Origin: Raja brachyura | Lineage: Eukaryota | NCBI GenBank assembly: GCA_963514005.1 | Contig: OY740784.1 | Span: 25,544,001-25,608,000, forward strand | Direction: 5' to 3' | Length of the DNA stretch: 64,000 nucleotides | In this document: in pieces, positions 26,936 through 39,446 of the stretch | Numbering within the stretch: the stretch's first letter is position 1 | How the letters are laid out: each line of letters begins with the position of its first letter | The notes under the pieces: model-generated | Databases searched by the model: none | What the model saw: the letters and a program-made list of their open reading frames with translations, nothing else | What the model was told of the DNA's origin: nothing | Made by a program: the position numbers and the translations under genes

Positions 26936-27679
26936 TTTAATTGTGAAGTAACCAAAACCAGTTACAGTATTTTCACTTCAGTTAAATCAAGGTCCTGTGC
27001 AATTGCACTTCTAGTTTTATATTTAGGTGTTTATGTTGTGCAACATAATTTTCTACTTGTTTTTGCTACAGCTGGTAATATATTTCATCAACTTTAACCC
27101 ACAAATCTACTCCCACTCAGCAGCATGGAACAGGAAGTCCAACACAAAGCTAGAATACACCAGTCGAAATGCATCAAAACATCACTTATTCACCATGCTT
27201 GAGCCAAATACCCCAACTTACTTGGCTTCATCTGTGTACTGTATATTCTGTCGAACTTATGTCATCAACAAATGTGTGGAATATTGCCCAGATTCCTTTA
27301 CCCAGATCATTAATCAAAAAGGTTGAAATCAGCAAATAGCTCAAGAAACTGCAAACTCTTCCAGTGATCAGCCTCGTCAGAACTGCTGTCTTTAATGATC
27401 ATCTTCCTTCTAAACAAGTTCAAGTTCAGATTTGATTCACAAAAGCATCCTATTCCATATTCCAACCTTATATCATCCACAGTTACACAAAACGCAGCTA
27501 TATTTTGTAGTAATTTGGACAGCATCTAATCAGAGGAAATAATTGATGTTATATTTGCATAATCCACTGATAATATTCAGCCATTGAACCCAACATCTTG
27601 AACCTCCTTTCCCAGAAATCATGCCGTTTTTTTCATAATAACCTCTACTCTTTCCAAACCAATGATTCCTATTATTGAG

Positions 27680-27767
27680 GGTTACACAAAAAGCTGGAGA
27701 AACTCAGCGGGTGCAGCAGCATCTAAGGAGTGAAGGAGATAGGCGACGTTTCGGGTCGAGACCCTTC
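27680..27767 (-). mobile_element. Penelope pLTR mini-element, hammerhead truncated within CUGANGA
   Basis: 14-bp TSD TTCCTATTATTGAG (27666-27679 and 27768-27781); minus strand AGGGTCTCGACCCGAAACGTC. Confidence 0.85.
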
Positions 27768-29009
27768 TTCCTATTATTGAGTTCCCTAAAAAGGAAATAA
27801 AATTAAAAAGCTATAAACGTTCCAAGAGCCTGATTTTGATTTGCTGCTTATTTTTTATATTGGTATCACATGGGATATATTACAATTCATAGAAACAATA
27901 ACAGATTTCAAGAAGGTGCAAGTCATTCTCATAATGCCGCTCCTATTTCTTTCATGAGGCCCAGCAGACAAGTCTGCTGTAGCACCTTTAATTCTAATAT
28001 AAATTATTTATCACTTCTACCAATTCAATTTTAGTATCATTCCCAAGTAGTAACTCCAGCAACTGTGAGGAAATGATGAAGACTAATAGAATTTAGGCAC
28101 GTCACATCAACAAAATCCGCCCAAAATCTACTTTGTACAACCCTCAATGGCTCTTTTTCTTCAGATATAGAGATTTGGGTTTTGCTGCCAATGCCTCACC
28201 AATTCACAATCCCTTTTTACTTTGCTCTTCTGTTCAATCAGGGAGTAAAATTTGCTGCCTACAATTAAATCTGATACAGTACCTACTTCACTTCAGATGT
28301 GATTATTTTGTACCTACTCAAATATTTTCTCTTTGATTGAATTTCTCTGCACATCCTCAGCTAACCATTGGTTTTGTTTTTGTTGTGTGCTCACAGGGTT
28401 CTAAATGTATCTCTCATGCAAAATAATGATGGTGAAAGTACAGTTATTCATTCATATTGAAATAAGCCCCTCCAGCCTTACATCCTCACAGATTCCCCAT
28501 TGCGCTATGCAAGGGGTAATCTGTTACAAAGAATTAGATTCCTTCCTTAGGGGATTTGACTGGCTGATAATGCTCTGCTCCACTCTTGTAGAAATCCAGA
28601 GCACCCCATTACTGGCTATACTGGTCACCATTGATGGATCAGGTCCTGTTTGAGTCAAAGGATAGGGAATTTTTCTTTTGGCGTGTTTTTCCCAAAGCTG
28701 TCTGGGTCTTGTTTTATACAGACACATTTAGAAGTGGGACTGCAATTTCACTATGACAGCCAGGGCAGGAAGCCAGGGATCTGAACAGGTCTAAACGATT
28801 AATTTGTTTTATTTTCCTTCAGGGCCAGGAAGATCAGAATTCTCGGCTGCATAATTATTTACTTACATGCAAACCGGAACTGGGACACACCTGGGTGCTT
28901 TAATAAATGTGTATTTCAAATTTAAAATATCCCAGTACACTTCTGCAAGTAGGGCAAAATGATGTATAACAAGTAAGCACAAATGTCAGGTGTACCCTAT
29001 AGTTTGTAT

Positions 29010-29657
29010 GATGTGGACGAGTCAGAGTGTAGAAGGGAGATCGACCGACTGACCAAATGGTGGCAGCACTATAACCTGGTTCTCAACACCAGAAAAACCA
29101 AGGAACTGATTATGGACTTCGGAAGGGGTAGGATGGGGTCCCACAGTCCCGTTTATATCAACGGGTCGATGGTGGAAAGGGTTAAGAACTTCAAATTCCT
29201 GGGCGTGCATATTTCCGAAGATCTCTCCTGGTCCCAGAACACTGATGCAATGATAAAGGAAGCACATGAGCGCCTCTACTTCCTGAGAAGATTACGGAGA
29301 GTCGGTATGCCAAGGAGGACTCTCTCGAACGTCTACAGGTGCACAGTAGAGAGCATTCTGACCGGTTGCATCGTGGCTTGGGACGGCAACCTGAGCGTCC
29401 AGGAGCAGAAAAGGCTGCAAAAAGTCCATCATCGGTTCCGACCGCCCTACCATCGAGGGGATCTATCGCAGTCGTTGCCTCAAAAAGGATGCCAACATCA
29501 TCAAGGACCCACACCATCCTGGCCACACACTCATCTCTCCGCTGTCATCGGGTAGAAGGTACAGAAGCCTGAAATCTGCAACATCCAGATTGAGAAACAG
29601 CTTCTTCCCCACAGCCATCAGACTATTAAACACAACTTCAAACAAACTCTGAACTAT
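29010..29657 (+). mobile_element. Rex1/Babar LINE 3' fragment (RT C-terminal part)
   Basis: LNTRKTKELIMDF..ERVKNFKFLGVHISEDLSW..RLYFLRRLRR..SFFPTAIRLLN; highly similar to 40680-41290. Confidence 0.9.
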
Positions 29658-29959
29658 AATAGTAAGATTAAATGAGAACTTACCAGTTTGAAGTTAGATC
29701 TTTATTTTATGAGGAGTTACGATGCGGGATTACGTGAAGAAGAGCCCACCAGGCCGCATGCGCGTCAATCTTCAAAGCAGCGGTGTGAAGTCACAGATAC
29801 CAGTTATTGAACTGATGATTGTAAGATTCGAGAACTAGAGCTACCAGCTGCATTTTATAAGGAGGGTTGGGAGCGGAGGGAACGTAATCCCTCATCGTAA
29901 CTCCTCATAAAATAAAGATCAAACTTCAAACTGGTAAGTTCTCGTTTAATCTTACTATT
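29658..29959. repeat. DIRS 3' terminus and internal complementary region (78-bp inverted repeat)
   Basis: 29658-29735 is the near-exact reverse complement of 29882-29959. Confidence 0.85.
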
Positions 29960-30164
29960 TTACTTCAGAGTCACGTGAGTGACTACGTGAAGATTTTGAA
30001 GCTCTGTGACTTTGTGCCGTGGAACGGGTCTATGCGTCACACACTGCATCGTTGACCTAGGTGGAGTGGAAACCAAGTATTGAGACATGACATAAATTTT
30101 GAACATGCTGAAAATATTTTAATGGACAAAATAATAATAGAAACCTCTCTCACCCGAGAGGAGA

Positions 30165-31044
30165 TTACAAAACAGAACTTAAAATAGGTTTATTATAAAA
30201 CGTCTGGAACGTGCGTTCTGAGGACCATCCTGCGGCTGCTAGGATTTGGTCCAACGGGACGTCCAGGACCCTTGCGGCGGACGTAACTGCAGCCCTGGTA
30301 GAATGAGATTTGAATATTTCAATGTCTATACCAGCATCAGCCAGAACCTGAGCTGAACCAGATGGTCTGAGCTGAAACCTTTTTATATTAGTTTCTTGTG
30401 ACTAATAAATAATGTTAGTTCTGACCCCCTAAGACCGTTGGTGACATTAATATATTGCTGGAGGTGTGTGACCACACATAATCGGGGGTCCAAGGGGTAT
30501 GCCATAAATTGTAGCTTGAGACCGGAAACACCAGGCGGAGCTTCTGTAATGACTGGACCCGTTGAGCTGATACTAGTGCCACAAGCATCACTACTTTGTA
30601 AGTGACCCGGAGAAGGGACAGGGATGTAGCTGGAGCCCACTGGCGAAGTAGTGTTAGAACCACACCTACATCCCATATTTCGATATATCTGGGCATGGGA
30701 GGGTTTAGGTTAAAAATACCCCTCATGAATCTGGATATTAATGGATGAGACCCAACAGAGTGTTGACCTGAGCTTGGCAACAAATATGATGACAACGCAC
30801 TTCTGGCACAATTCAGAGCACTGTAGCTCAACCTCTCGTCAAAATGAAGTTTTGAAAGAGATTCCAAAATGTTGGTTACGTGCGCTGTCTCATACGTGAT
30901 ATTAGTTTGCAAACAGAACTCTTCCCATTTCTTTATGTAGGAGATATATTGTTTTTTAGTGCTGTCTCTCCAGACCGTAGTTAGCACATCCACTGTATGG
31001 TCAGCTAGTCCAATCCCGAGAAAAGGTCTTCTTAGAATCTGCAA
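30165..31044 (-). pseudogene. DIRS tyrosine recombinase (frameshifted)
   Basis: SAM-like N-terminus (STKKQY..SYSALNCARSALS), catalytic R in SAQRVQSL, C-terminal FKSHSTRAAVTS..AAGWSSERTFQTFY. Confidence 0.9.
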
Positions 31045-31460
31045 ACCAATAAGTTTAGCCGATCATGTAGAGGATGTTCTTCCCCAGTGATGGGGTGGGT
31101 TAGCAGATTCCTGAATTTGTGAACCGCCATGAAGGGTTCTGTGATCATACCCAGAATGAGTGGATACCATGGCTGAGTGGGCCAGTCGGGGACTATTAGA
31201 ATGCCCGAGGCAGAGTCTTGCTTAATTTTAAGCAGGCATCGACTGACAAGGCAGAATGGGGGAAAAGCATAGAAAAACATTCATCCCCAATGCAGCGAGA
31301 ATGCATCTATCGCTACTGCCCCAGGGTCTGGTTCCCAAGCAATATAGTTTGGTAATAGATGATTAAGTCTGAATGCAAACAAATCTATATCCGGTGTTGC
31401 ATACCTAGAGATAATATCATTAAACACTCTATGATTCAACATCCATTCTGTGTTGTCATT
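31032..31460 (-). pseudogene. DIRS Dam-like DNA N6-adenine methyltransferase domain (one in-frame stop)
   Basis: PDIDLFAFRLN..WEPDPGAVAIDAFSLHWG*MFFYAFPPF..GILIVPDWPTQPWYP. Confidence 0.85.
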
Positions 31461-32660
31461 GAATTTGCATGACCTGGTGTCCGACACCGTATTTAACCTA
31501 TCTAGCAGGTAGATAGCTGAAACCCAAGTATTCCTTGGATGCACCAGTGCCAAATGAGATTTCCAATCTATCACAGGATACTGACTTGATTCCACCCATG
31601 TGATTAATGTATGCCACCACTGTGGTGTTATCAATCTATAATTTGAACATGCAAATGATGCATATTCCCACAATAAGCCCTTAGTCCGTAAAGGGCTGTC
31701 AGTGATTCTAAATAATTAACACCCTGTAATTGCAGAAATAACCGTTCATGCATGTTCCATCTGCCTCTGCAGCTAGAGATGGTGTCAGTAGTGTCCCATC
31801 CCAAAGCACTGGCATCAGTTTGTAAAGTTAGGCTGGGAAAATTTTGTGGCTGGGAAAGCTGCCACCAATTTGGATATGAAACTGGCCACTTGTCGAATAG
31901 GAGGCTTTGTAATGAGGACATTGCAGACTTCCAATAACTCCAATTATTTGCGACAAGGCAGAGTTACAGACATGTAAACAGAGTTAATAGTGAATCCTAA
32001 ATAATCCATAACTTGGGATGGTGTCAACTTAGATTTAACTGGATGGATGAGAAACCCCAATCACTCTAACAAGAGCTTGGTGGCTGAGACTGCTGAAATA
32101 GCCAATTCTGGAGTTTTGCCTATGATAAGGATATCATCCAAGTATGCCATTACTATATGTTTTTGAGCTCGTAATAGTGCAAGTACGGGTTTCAATAATT
32201 TGGTGAATAATCTGGGAGCTGAAGTTAACCCATTAGGCAATGCTTTAAACTGCCATAGCTGCTCCATCCAGTTGAATTTTAAGTATTTCCGGTGATCCTT
32301 ATGAATAGGCACCAAATAGCATGCATCTTTGAGATCGATGCATGCCATGTAACAACCTTTGGAAATTAATTGTTTGGTAGTAACAAAATGTTCAATTTTG
32401 AAGTATCTGTACTGCACAAACGTGTTGAGTTGGGTCAATTCACCCTTTTTTGAATATAATGACTGAATTTCAGCTTGTACATCCAAACTTTCTTGTTGTG
32501 AACAAACAAAGGTTCGGTTTGGAGTATGCTGCGTTGGTGGAAATGAATCTGAAACTCAATTTGGAATCCATCTATACTGTGCAGTATAAACAAATCTGAT
32601 GTTATCCAATGCCATTCATTCAAAAGAAACGTAATCTCCCACCAACATGTGATTGACCCA
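31460..32660 (-). pseudogene. DIRS reverse transcriptase and RNase H (disrupted)
   Basis: IDLKDACYLVPIH..LPNGLTSAPRLFTK..AYLDDILI; RNase H TLQTDASALGW..NYLESL. Confidence 0.9.
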
Positions 32661-32725
32661 CACACCGCATGTTCATTAGAGAACCAGAACCACCTACCTC
32701 CATGGTTGCTGGTGATATGCGGTGT

Positions 32726-33357
32726 TTACTGTGTGAGCCAATTGTGCATCTTAGATGTCTGTCGGCTTGAGCTTTGCCCTGGACTTGAGCTGGTAATGGC
32801 TCCTGCAGACCATCTGCTGCTAGCAGAGGCATATGGGTGCTGCCGTCGGAATGAGGAAGGTCTGTCTGCTGGTGGAGCTCTGAGTAGCCCCACCACCATT
32901 GACTCGTCATCCAAATCTTTAACTTGTTTGGACAAGTCCTTCCCAAATAAATAATTGGGCGGCTGCACATTTCTGTATTTATAAAATCCCGCAAATTTGG
33001 GATTGAGTACTAGGCGAATGGCGTTCTTCCAAAAGCAATTTATCTGAAAATGTGCATTGGAAATCAGAGCCAATGTGTCCTGTTGAACCTCCGACAGGGA
33101 GATTGCATCTACTGACCTGGTGAAGGCAGTGACTCCAGAAGCTAGTAGGCTCAGGATTCTTTGGAGTTTGACCTCCTGAGTCTTGATGCCTCCTCCCATG
33201 TAACTCCAAATGGAGCTATTGATGGTCGGGACTGAGCGAGGCGCAGTTGCTGGGCGTCTGATATTTCATAGCCGTTTCCAGTATTACCTGTTCCTGTAGC
33301 TGGTGAGAGGTCAGGTAATTGATACTGGCCACCAATTCTGCGTTCAACGGCTCACCC
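32726..33357 (-). pseudogene. DIRS gag-like ORF remnant
   Basis: GEPLNAELVASINYL..YQTPSNC..IWSYMG..KLQRIL..YLFGKDLSKQVKDL, upstream of the RT. Confidence 0.7.
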
Positions 33358-33600
33358 TACATATGGATGATGTTGCCCACTTTTGCTCAGATCTACAGTC
33401 AGTCTGCAGATTGATCAGCATCTGCGACCAGTTTGAGTTGGCTCTGGGTGCCAGAGTAAACTGCAGGAAGAGCAAGAGCATGCTTTTTGGAAGCAGGTCC
33501 CGACCGATCTTCCGTCCACTTCACCTGAAGGTGCTGGGGAACTGGTTCAGAGTGGCTGAGGCATGCAACAGGCATTGGTTGAAGTGGATCGCCAAGGCCA
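33355..33600 (+). mobile_element. Tx1/L1-clade RT fragment
   Basis: LHMDDVAHFCSD..CDQFELALGARVNCRKSKSMLFG..LKVLGNWF..WIAK (YMDD region). Confidence 0.8.
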
Positions 33601-34834
33601 CAATCAGTCTGAAGGAGTATCCCAACCCAGGTTCTCCAGCGATGCTACCTGACTCACTTAGTTGCTCCTGCACTTTGCATTCTATGCACGATTCCAGCAT
33701 CTGCAGTTCTTTGTGTCTCTCTGAAACTTACCTTGTTGATTACTATCTCTTCTCATGTCAATGGAACAAACATTTTAGCAGCAGAATCAAGACGTGTGCT
33801 GCTACCTTTCACATTTAGTACACGCAACTGCAAAGGAATCTCAAACTCTGTTATTCCTACAGTCCGCAATACCTTCCATCTTTCAAAATAAATATGGTGC
33901 CTTTCTTTGCTAGGCAATTTATATGACACAATCAAGAAAAGCAAAATGGAAGATTCCCAGGCATTTCACCACAGTGTTATCAAACTAAATTGAACCGAAT
34001 CACATAAAGAGAAATTCCCGTTGATATCTTGGTCGAAGCGCTAAATGTATTTCAATGGAAGAAAATTAAGAATTCTCGATAGTGGTGAAATGATAGTTGA
34101 TGTTATCAGGCAACTGAACCATCCTCATGCAACCAAAGAGCAGTCCTGAACTACGATCTACCTCATTGATGACCATCTTTGATCGGACTTTACTGGCTTT
34201 ATTTAGCATTAAACGTTATTCCATTATCATGTATCTGTACACTGTGAATGGTTCGATTGTAATCGAACTGTCTTTCCACTGACCGGTTAGCATATATTAA
34301 AAGCTTTTCACTGTACCTTGGCACATGTGACAATAAACTAAACTGAACTGAGTAAAAAAGACATCTTTAAGTGATGGAATAAGTAAAAAGAGGATGGCAC
34401 AAGAGGCCAGAATTAGAAGGGCACAGATACATTGAGGGGTAGTAAGGCTGGCAGAAATCACAGAGGTAGACATGAAAGAGACAATGCAGGATTTGACAGT
34501 GAACGTCAAGACTCACAAGTATTTATTTGACAATATGTACTGAAACGGATCAATGGAATTCTTACTTGCAGCAGCACAACAGGTCCGTAAACACCGAAGA
34601 TAGACACAAACTGCTGCAGTAACTCAGCGGGACAGGCAGCATGTCTGGGGAGAAGGAATGGGTGACAGACACAGTACTCGATAGATAACATAATCAAACA
34701 AACAATTAGGATGCAAATTAAAATGAGGACTTGTTTCACGGGTGCCAGTATGAGTCAGCAAGCATCAAGTGCACCATGGAAAGATACGTTGGACGTGGCC
34801 CAGTAGAAGAGGGAAGGCGGGCTGGATCTGGAAA

Positions 34835-35212
34835 CTCATAAGATCATAAGATCATAAGAGATAGGAGCAGAATTAGGCCATTTGGCCCATCAAGTCTACT
34901 CTGCCATTCAATCATGGCTGATCTATCACTCCCTCCTAACCCCATTCTCCTGTCTTCTCCTCATAACCTCGGACACCCATACTAATCAACAATCTATCTA
35001 TCTCTGCCTTAAATATATCCACTGACTTGACCTCCACTGTCTTCTGTGGCAAAGAATTGCACAGATTCACCACCCTCTGACTAAAGAAAATCCTCATCAT
35101 CTACTTAAATGAAGGTCCTTTAATTCTGAGGCTATGACCTCTAGTCCTAGACTCTCCCACTAGTGGAAACATCCTCTCCACATCCACTCCATCCAAGCCT
35201 TTCACTATTCTG
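34835..35212 (-). mobile_element. CR1 3' fragment
   Basis: (ATCATAAG)n tail and ORF2 end on the minus strand. Confidence 0.85.
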
Positions 35213-37392
35213 AGGGACACAGAGAACAAGAAAATATTTCATATTTTGCTTGGGCAGCTTACAACCCTGCGGTAAGAATATTGATTTCTCCAACTTCAAG
35301 TAACCCTTGCTTTCCCTCGCTCTTTGTCCCTCCTCCACCCTAGTTCTCCGACTGGTTTCACTGTCCTGATTATTTTTCCTGATCGTATGCTTTGTTGTCA
35401 CCTTCCCCTCAGCCAACAATCAACCATTCTACATTTCCTTAATCAACATCTGCTTTGATCTGACGTTTTCTCACCTTACCCTTCCATATCTCTAGATTCC
35501 CTCTCCCCCGACTCTCACTCTCCAGAGATGCCTGTCTCGCCGCGTTACTCCAGCATTTTGTGTCTATCTTCACAAAAAAAAATTTACTGCCTGATTGAAA
35601 ATGTACTAGACTGTTGATGGTTTTCACAGAAGCTGTTCAATTTTCTTTCCAGATGCTTGTGTTTGATTTTAAATATGCAGAATCTGTTGTCTGTCCTTTG
35701 AGTTATTAAGAGCGATTATAACAGACATCTGCAAGTGGATCATGTTCTTTCTTGCTGTAAACAGACACAGTAATGCTCGCTTATATAAATGCAGATGACA
35801 TTTCAAGGCTCTGGAGTGTTTTGTTTTAGACTTCTGCACAATACTCTGTTTCCTGCCTTGCTTAAGAGCTCATTACATTCAATACACCCAATTAATGTTG
35901 AAAGGAACTGCGAAGATGAAAATAAAACACATGCTTTGAATACTGTCTTTCCTCACACGAGTCTTTTTAATTTTAGACACTTCGGGTCTGAAAGACAAGA
36001 AGGTTTGCCAGCACTAAACATATGTAAGAATATTGGCATCCTTTTAAACTGACCTCTGTGCATTTAGTTGTAAACAGTTCAGTGATCCGATCAATGGGCC
36101 GAGGGTCTGTCATCAAGTGATGATCAATATCACCAGATATTTATCTATCACAAAGAAACTTAAAGAACTCAACTCTGATTTCAGCAATAGCTAATTAGAG
36201 TCATCAGATTAAACTGTTTGGAGCAGGTAGAATACTTTTTGATACATCTTACACTGGTACCTTTCATGGTACAGTGGTCCCCAATAGCTTTCCTGCATTA
36301 TTTATTATATCTTGTTCTAATGAGGTGTTCCCAGTTGCCATAGCTTGAGAGTTGGAAGTTTGGTGAGTTTCCACTCTGGACACTAATCATCATTGATTAT
36401 CCCAACTACCTTTGGACCTGAAGGTTCTGACTATGGAGCATGGCTTTGGAAAGTTTGGCTGGGTGGTCACATGGTTGTGACAAGGACCACATCTGGTAGA
36501 GGTTGGGCAGAAGGCAAGCTCTCATCCTTAACGAGGAGAGGGTATGCCTTGTTCATATTATGTGGGCGCTCCAATTTCCTCCAACATTACAAAGGTTTTT
36601 ATGTTATTGGATTCAGAAAGTTGCAAAAAATTGTTCGTAGTGCGTAGGATCATGTTAGTGTACGGGGTGATCATTGGTCGGTGCAGACTTGGTGGGCCAA
36701 AGGACCTGTTTCCACATTGTATTTCGATTCCAATCTTGGCATAACCATAATTATAAGAGAGACTAAGCCTGAATTTACCACATGACCTGCAACAAAAGGA
36801 AAACTCTGACAATTCAATGCCACTACAACTAATTCAACCATAATATTGGGCATTCGATTTTCTATAACACAATTTCCTTAAACAGTGATTAAAATGCCCA
36901 ATTTGCAAGCTTGTTTCCACATATTTTGGATTTGGATTAAAATTCTTTTTGTTTTATCCAAGATGGCGCCTACCTGCGGCGACATTTTGCCAGCACTACA
37001 GAAAACCTTCAAATATAGTATTTCTGAGCTCACCTGTATTAAAGAACCTGCAGAAACCAGCGATGTAAGTAGTGAGCTGCTAACGCATTTAAATACATTA
37101 ACGCTACTGCGATCTCCCGGAGGTAGCAACTGTGAGGGCATTCCCGATCACTGTAAGTACTGTACCTGTAAACACCAGGGAGGTCTTCATGGAGTCCGGA
37201 ATCGAGGCCATCGGGCAGCAACGGAGCTGGAGGTGCCAACTGTAAGGGAATTTCCAATCACAGGAGAATCCCCGACCTCGCGGGGGCTCGCAAGTACTGT
37301 AGGCCTTCATGGAGTACAGAAATGTGGTAGTCGGGCAGGACTACAAGTGAGACTAAAGCACAGGGGACTTCGGCCCTCTCTCCTTACCATCC

Positions 37393-39446
37393 AGGGAAGG
37401 TTGTGCATCCATGGATAACAAGGAAAATCAGGGATAGTATAAAAACAAAAGATGAAGCATACAAATTAGCCAAAAAAACAGCCTACCAGAGGACTGGGAT
37501 AAATTCAGAGTTCAGCAGAGGAGGACAAAGGGCTTAATTTGGAAAGGGAAAATAGATTATGAAAGAAAACTGGCAGGGAACATAAAACTGACTGCAAACT
37601 TTTTTATAGATATGTGAAGAGAAAGAGATTAGTTAAAACAAATATAGGTCCCTTGCAGTCAGAAACAGGTGAATTGATCATGGGGAACAAGGACATGGCA
37701 GACCAATTGAATAACTACTTTGGTTCTATCTTCACCAAGGAAGACATAAATAATCTGCCGGAAATAGCAGGGGACCGGGGGTAAAATAAGGTGGAGGAAC
37801 TTAGTGAAATCCAGGTTAGCCGGGAAGTGGTATTGGGTAAATTGAATGGATTAAAGGCCGATAAATCCCCAGGGCCAGATAGACTGCATCCCAGAGTACT
37901 TAAGGAAGTAGCCACAGAAATAGTGGATGTATTAGTGATAATTTTTCAAAACTCCTTAGATTCTCGAGTTGTTCCTGAGGATTGGAGGATAGCTAATGTA
38001 AGCCCACTTTTAAAAAAAGGAGGGAGAGAGAAAATGGGGAATTACAGACCAGTTAGTCTAACATCGATAGTGGGGAAACTGCTAGAGTCAGTTATTAAAG
38101 ATGGGATAGCAGCACATTTGGAATGTGGTGAAATCAATGGACAAAGTCAGCATGGATTTACAAAAGGTAAATCATGTCTGACGAATCTTATAGAATTTTT
38201 TGAGGATGTAACTAGTAGAGTGGATAAGGGAGAACCAGTGGATGTGTTATATCTATATTTTCAGAAGGCTTTCAACAGGGTCCCACATAAGAGATTAGTA
38301 TACAAACTTAAAGCACACAGTATTGGGGGTTCAGTATTGATGTGGATAGAGAACTGGCTGGCAGGCAGGAAGAAAAGGGTAGGAGTAAACGGGTCCTTTT
38401 CAGAATGGCAGGCGGTGACTAGTGGGGTACCGCAAGGCTCAGTGCTGGGACCCCAGCTATTTACAATATATATTAATGATTTGGACGAGGGAATTGAATG
38501 CAACATCTCCAAGTTTGTGGATGACACTAAGCTGGGGGATAGTGTTAGGTGTGAGGAGGATGCTAGGAGGCTGCAAGGTGACTTGGATAGGCTGGGTGAG
38601 TGGGCAAATGCATGGCAGATGCAGTATAATGTGGATAAATGTGAGGTTATCCACTTTGGTGGCAAAAACAGGAGGGTAGACTATTTTAATGGTGGCCGAT
38701 TAGGAAAAGGGGAGATGCAACGAGACCTGGGTGTCATGGTACACCAATCATTGAAAGTAGGCATGCAGGTGCAGCAGGCAGTGAAGAAAGCAAATGGTAT
38801 GTTAGCATTCATAGCAAAAGGATTTGAGTATAGGAGCAGGGAGGTTCTACTGCAGTTGTACAGGGTTTTGGTGAGACCACACCTGGAGTATTGCGTACAG
38901 TTTTGGTCTCCTAATCTGAGGAAAGACATTCTTGCCATAGAGGGGGTACAGAGAAGGTTCACCAGACTGATTCCTGGGATGTCAGGACTTTCATATGAGG
39001 AAAGACTGGATGGACTTGGCTTGTACTCGCTAGAATTTAGAAGACTGAGGGGGGATCTTATAGAAACGTACAAAATTCTTTAGGGGTTAGATAGGCTAGA
39101 TGCAGGAAGATTGTTCCCGATGTTGGGGAGGTCCAGAACAAGGGGTCACAGTCTAAGGATAAGGGGGAATTCCTTTAGGACCGGGATGAGGAAAACATTT
39201 TTCACATAGAGAATGGTGAGTCTCTGGAATTCTCTGCCACAGAAGGTAGTTGAGGCTAGTTCATTGGCTAAATTTAAGAGGGAGTTAGATGTGGCCCTTG
39301 TGGCTAAAGGGATCAGGGGGTATGGAGAGAAGGCAGGTACAGGATACTGAGTTGGATGATCAGCCATGATCATATTGAATGGCGGTGCAGGCTCGAAGGG
39401 CCGAATGGCCTACTCCTGCACCTATTTTCTATGTTTCTATGTTTCT
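37393..39446 (+). mobile_element. 5'-truncated CR1 (HER1-type) LINE; RT reading frame 37791-39083
   Basis: KSPGPD..NYRPVSLTS..SQHGF..SGVPQGSVLGP..KFVDDTK..RPHLEYC; (ATGTTTCT)n tail; ATCC duplicated at 37389-37392 and 39447-39450. Confidence 0.95.

Larger units (their letters stand above)
29658..33357 (-). mobile_element. DIRS1-type tyrosine-recombinase retrotransposon, 5'-truncated and decayed
   Basis: Order gag, RT, RNaseH, methyltransferase, YR, then a terminal repeat/ICR structure; multiple stops and frameshifts. Confidence 0.92.

Noticed and set aside
30165-31460. Prophage or bacterial contamination (integrase plus Dam methylase)
   Set aside because: Both domains are colinear with gag, RT, RNase H and the ICR of a DIRS1 retrotransposon embedded in vertebrate repeats.
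37791-39083. 430-aa ORF as a functional or domesticated gene
   Set aside because: It is part of a 5'-truncated CR1 with upstream stops, a premature end and altered RT motifs (YLYFQKAFN, FVDD).
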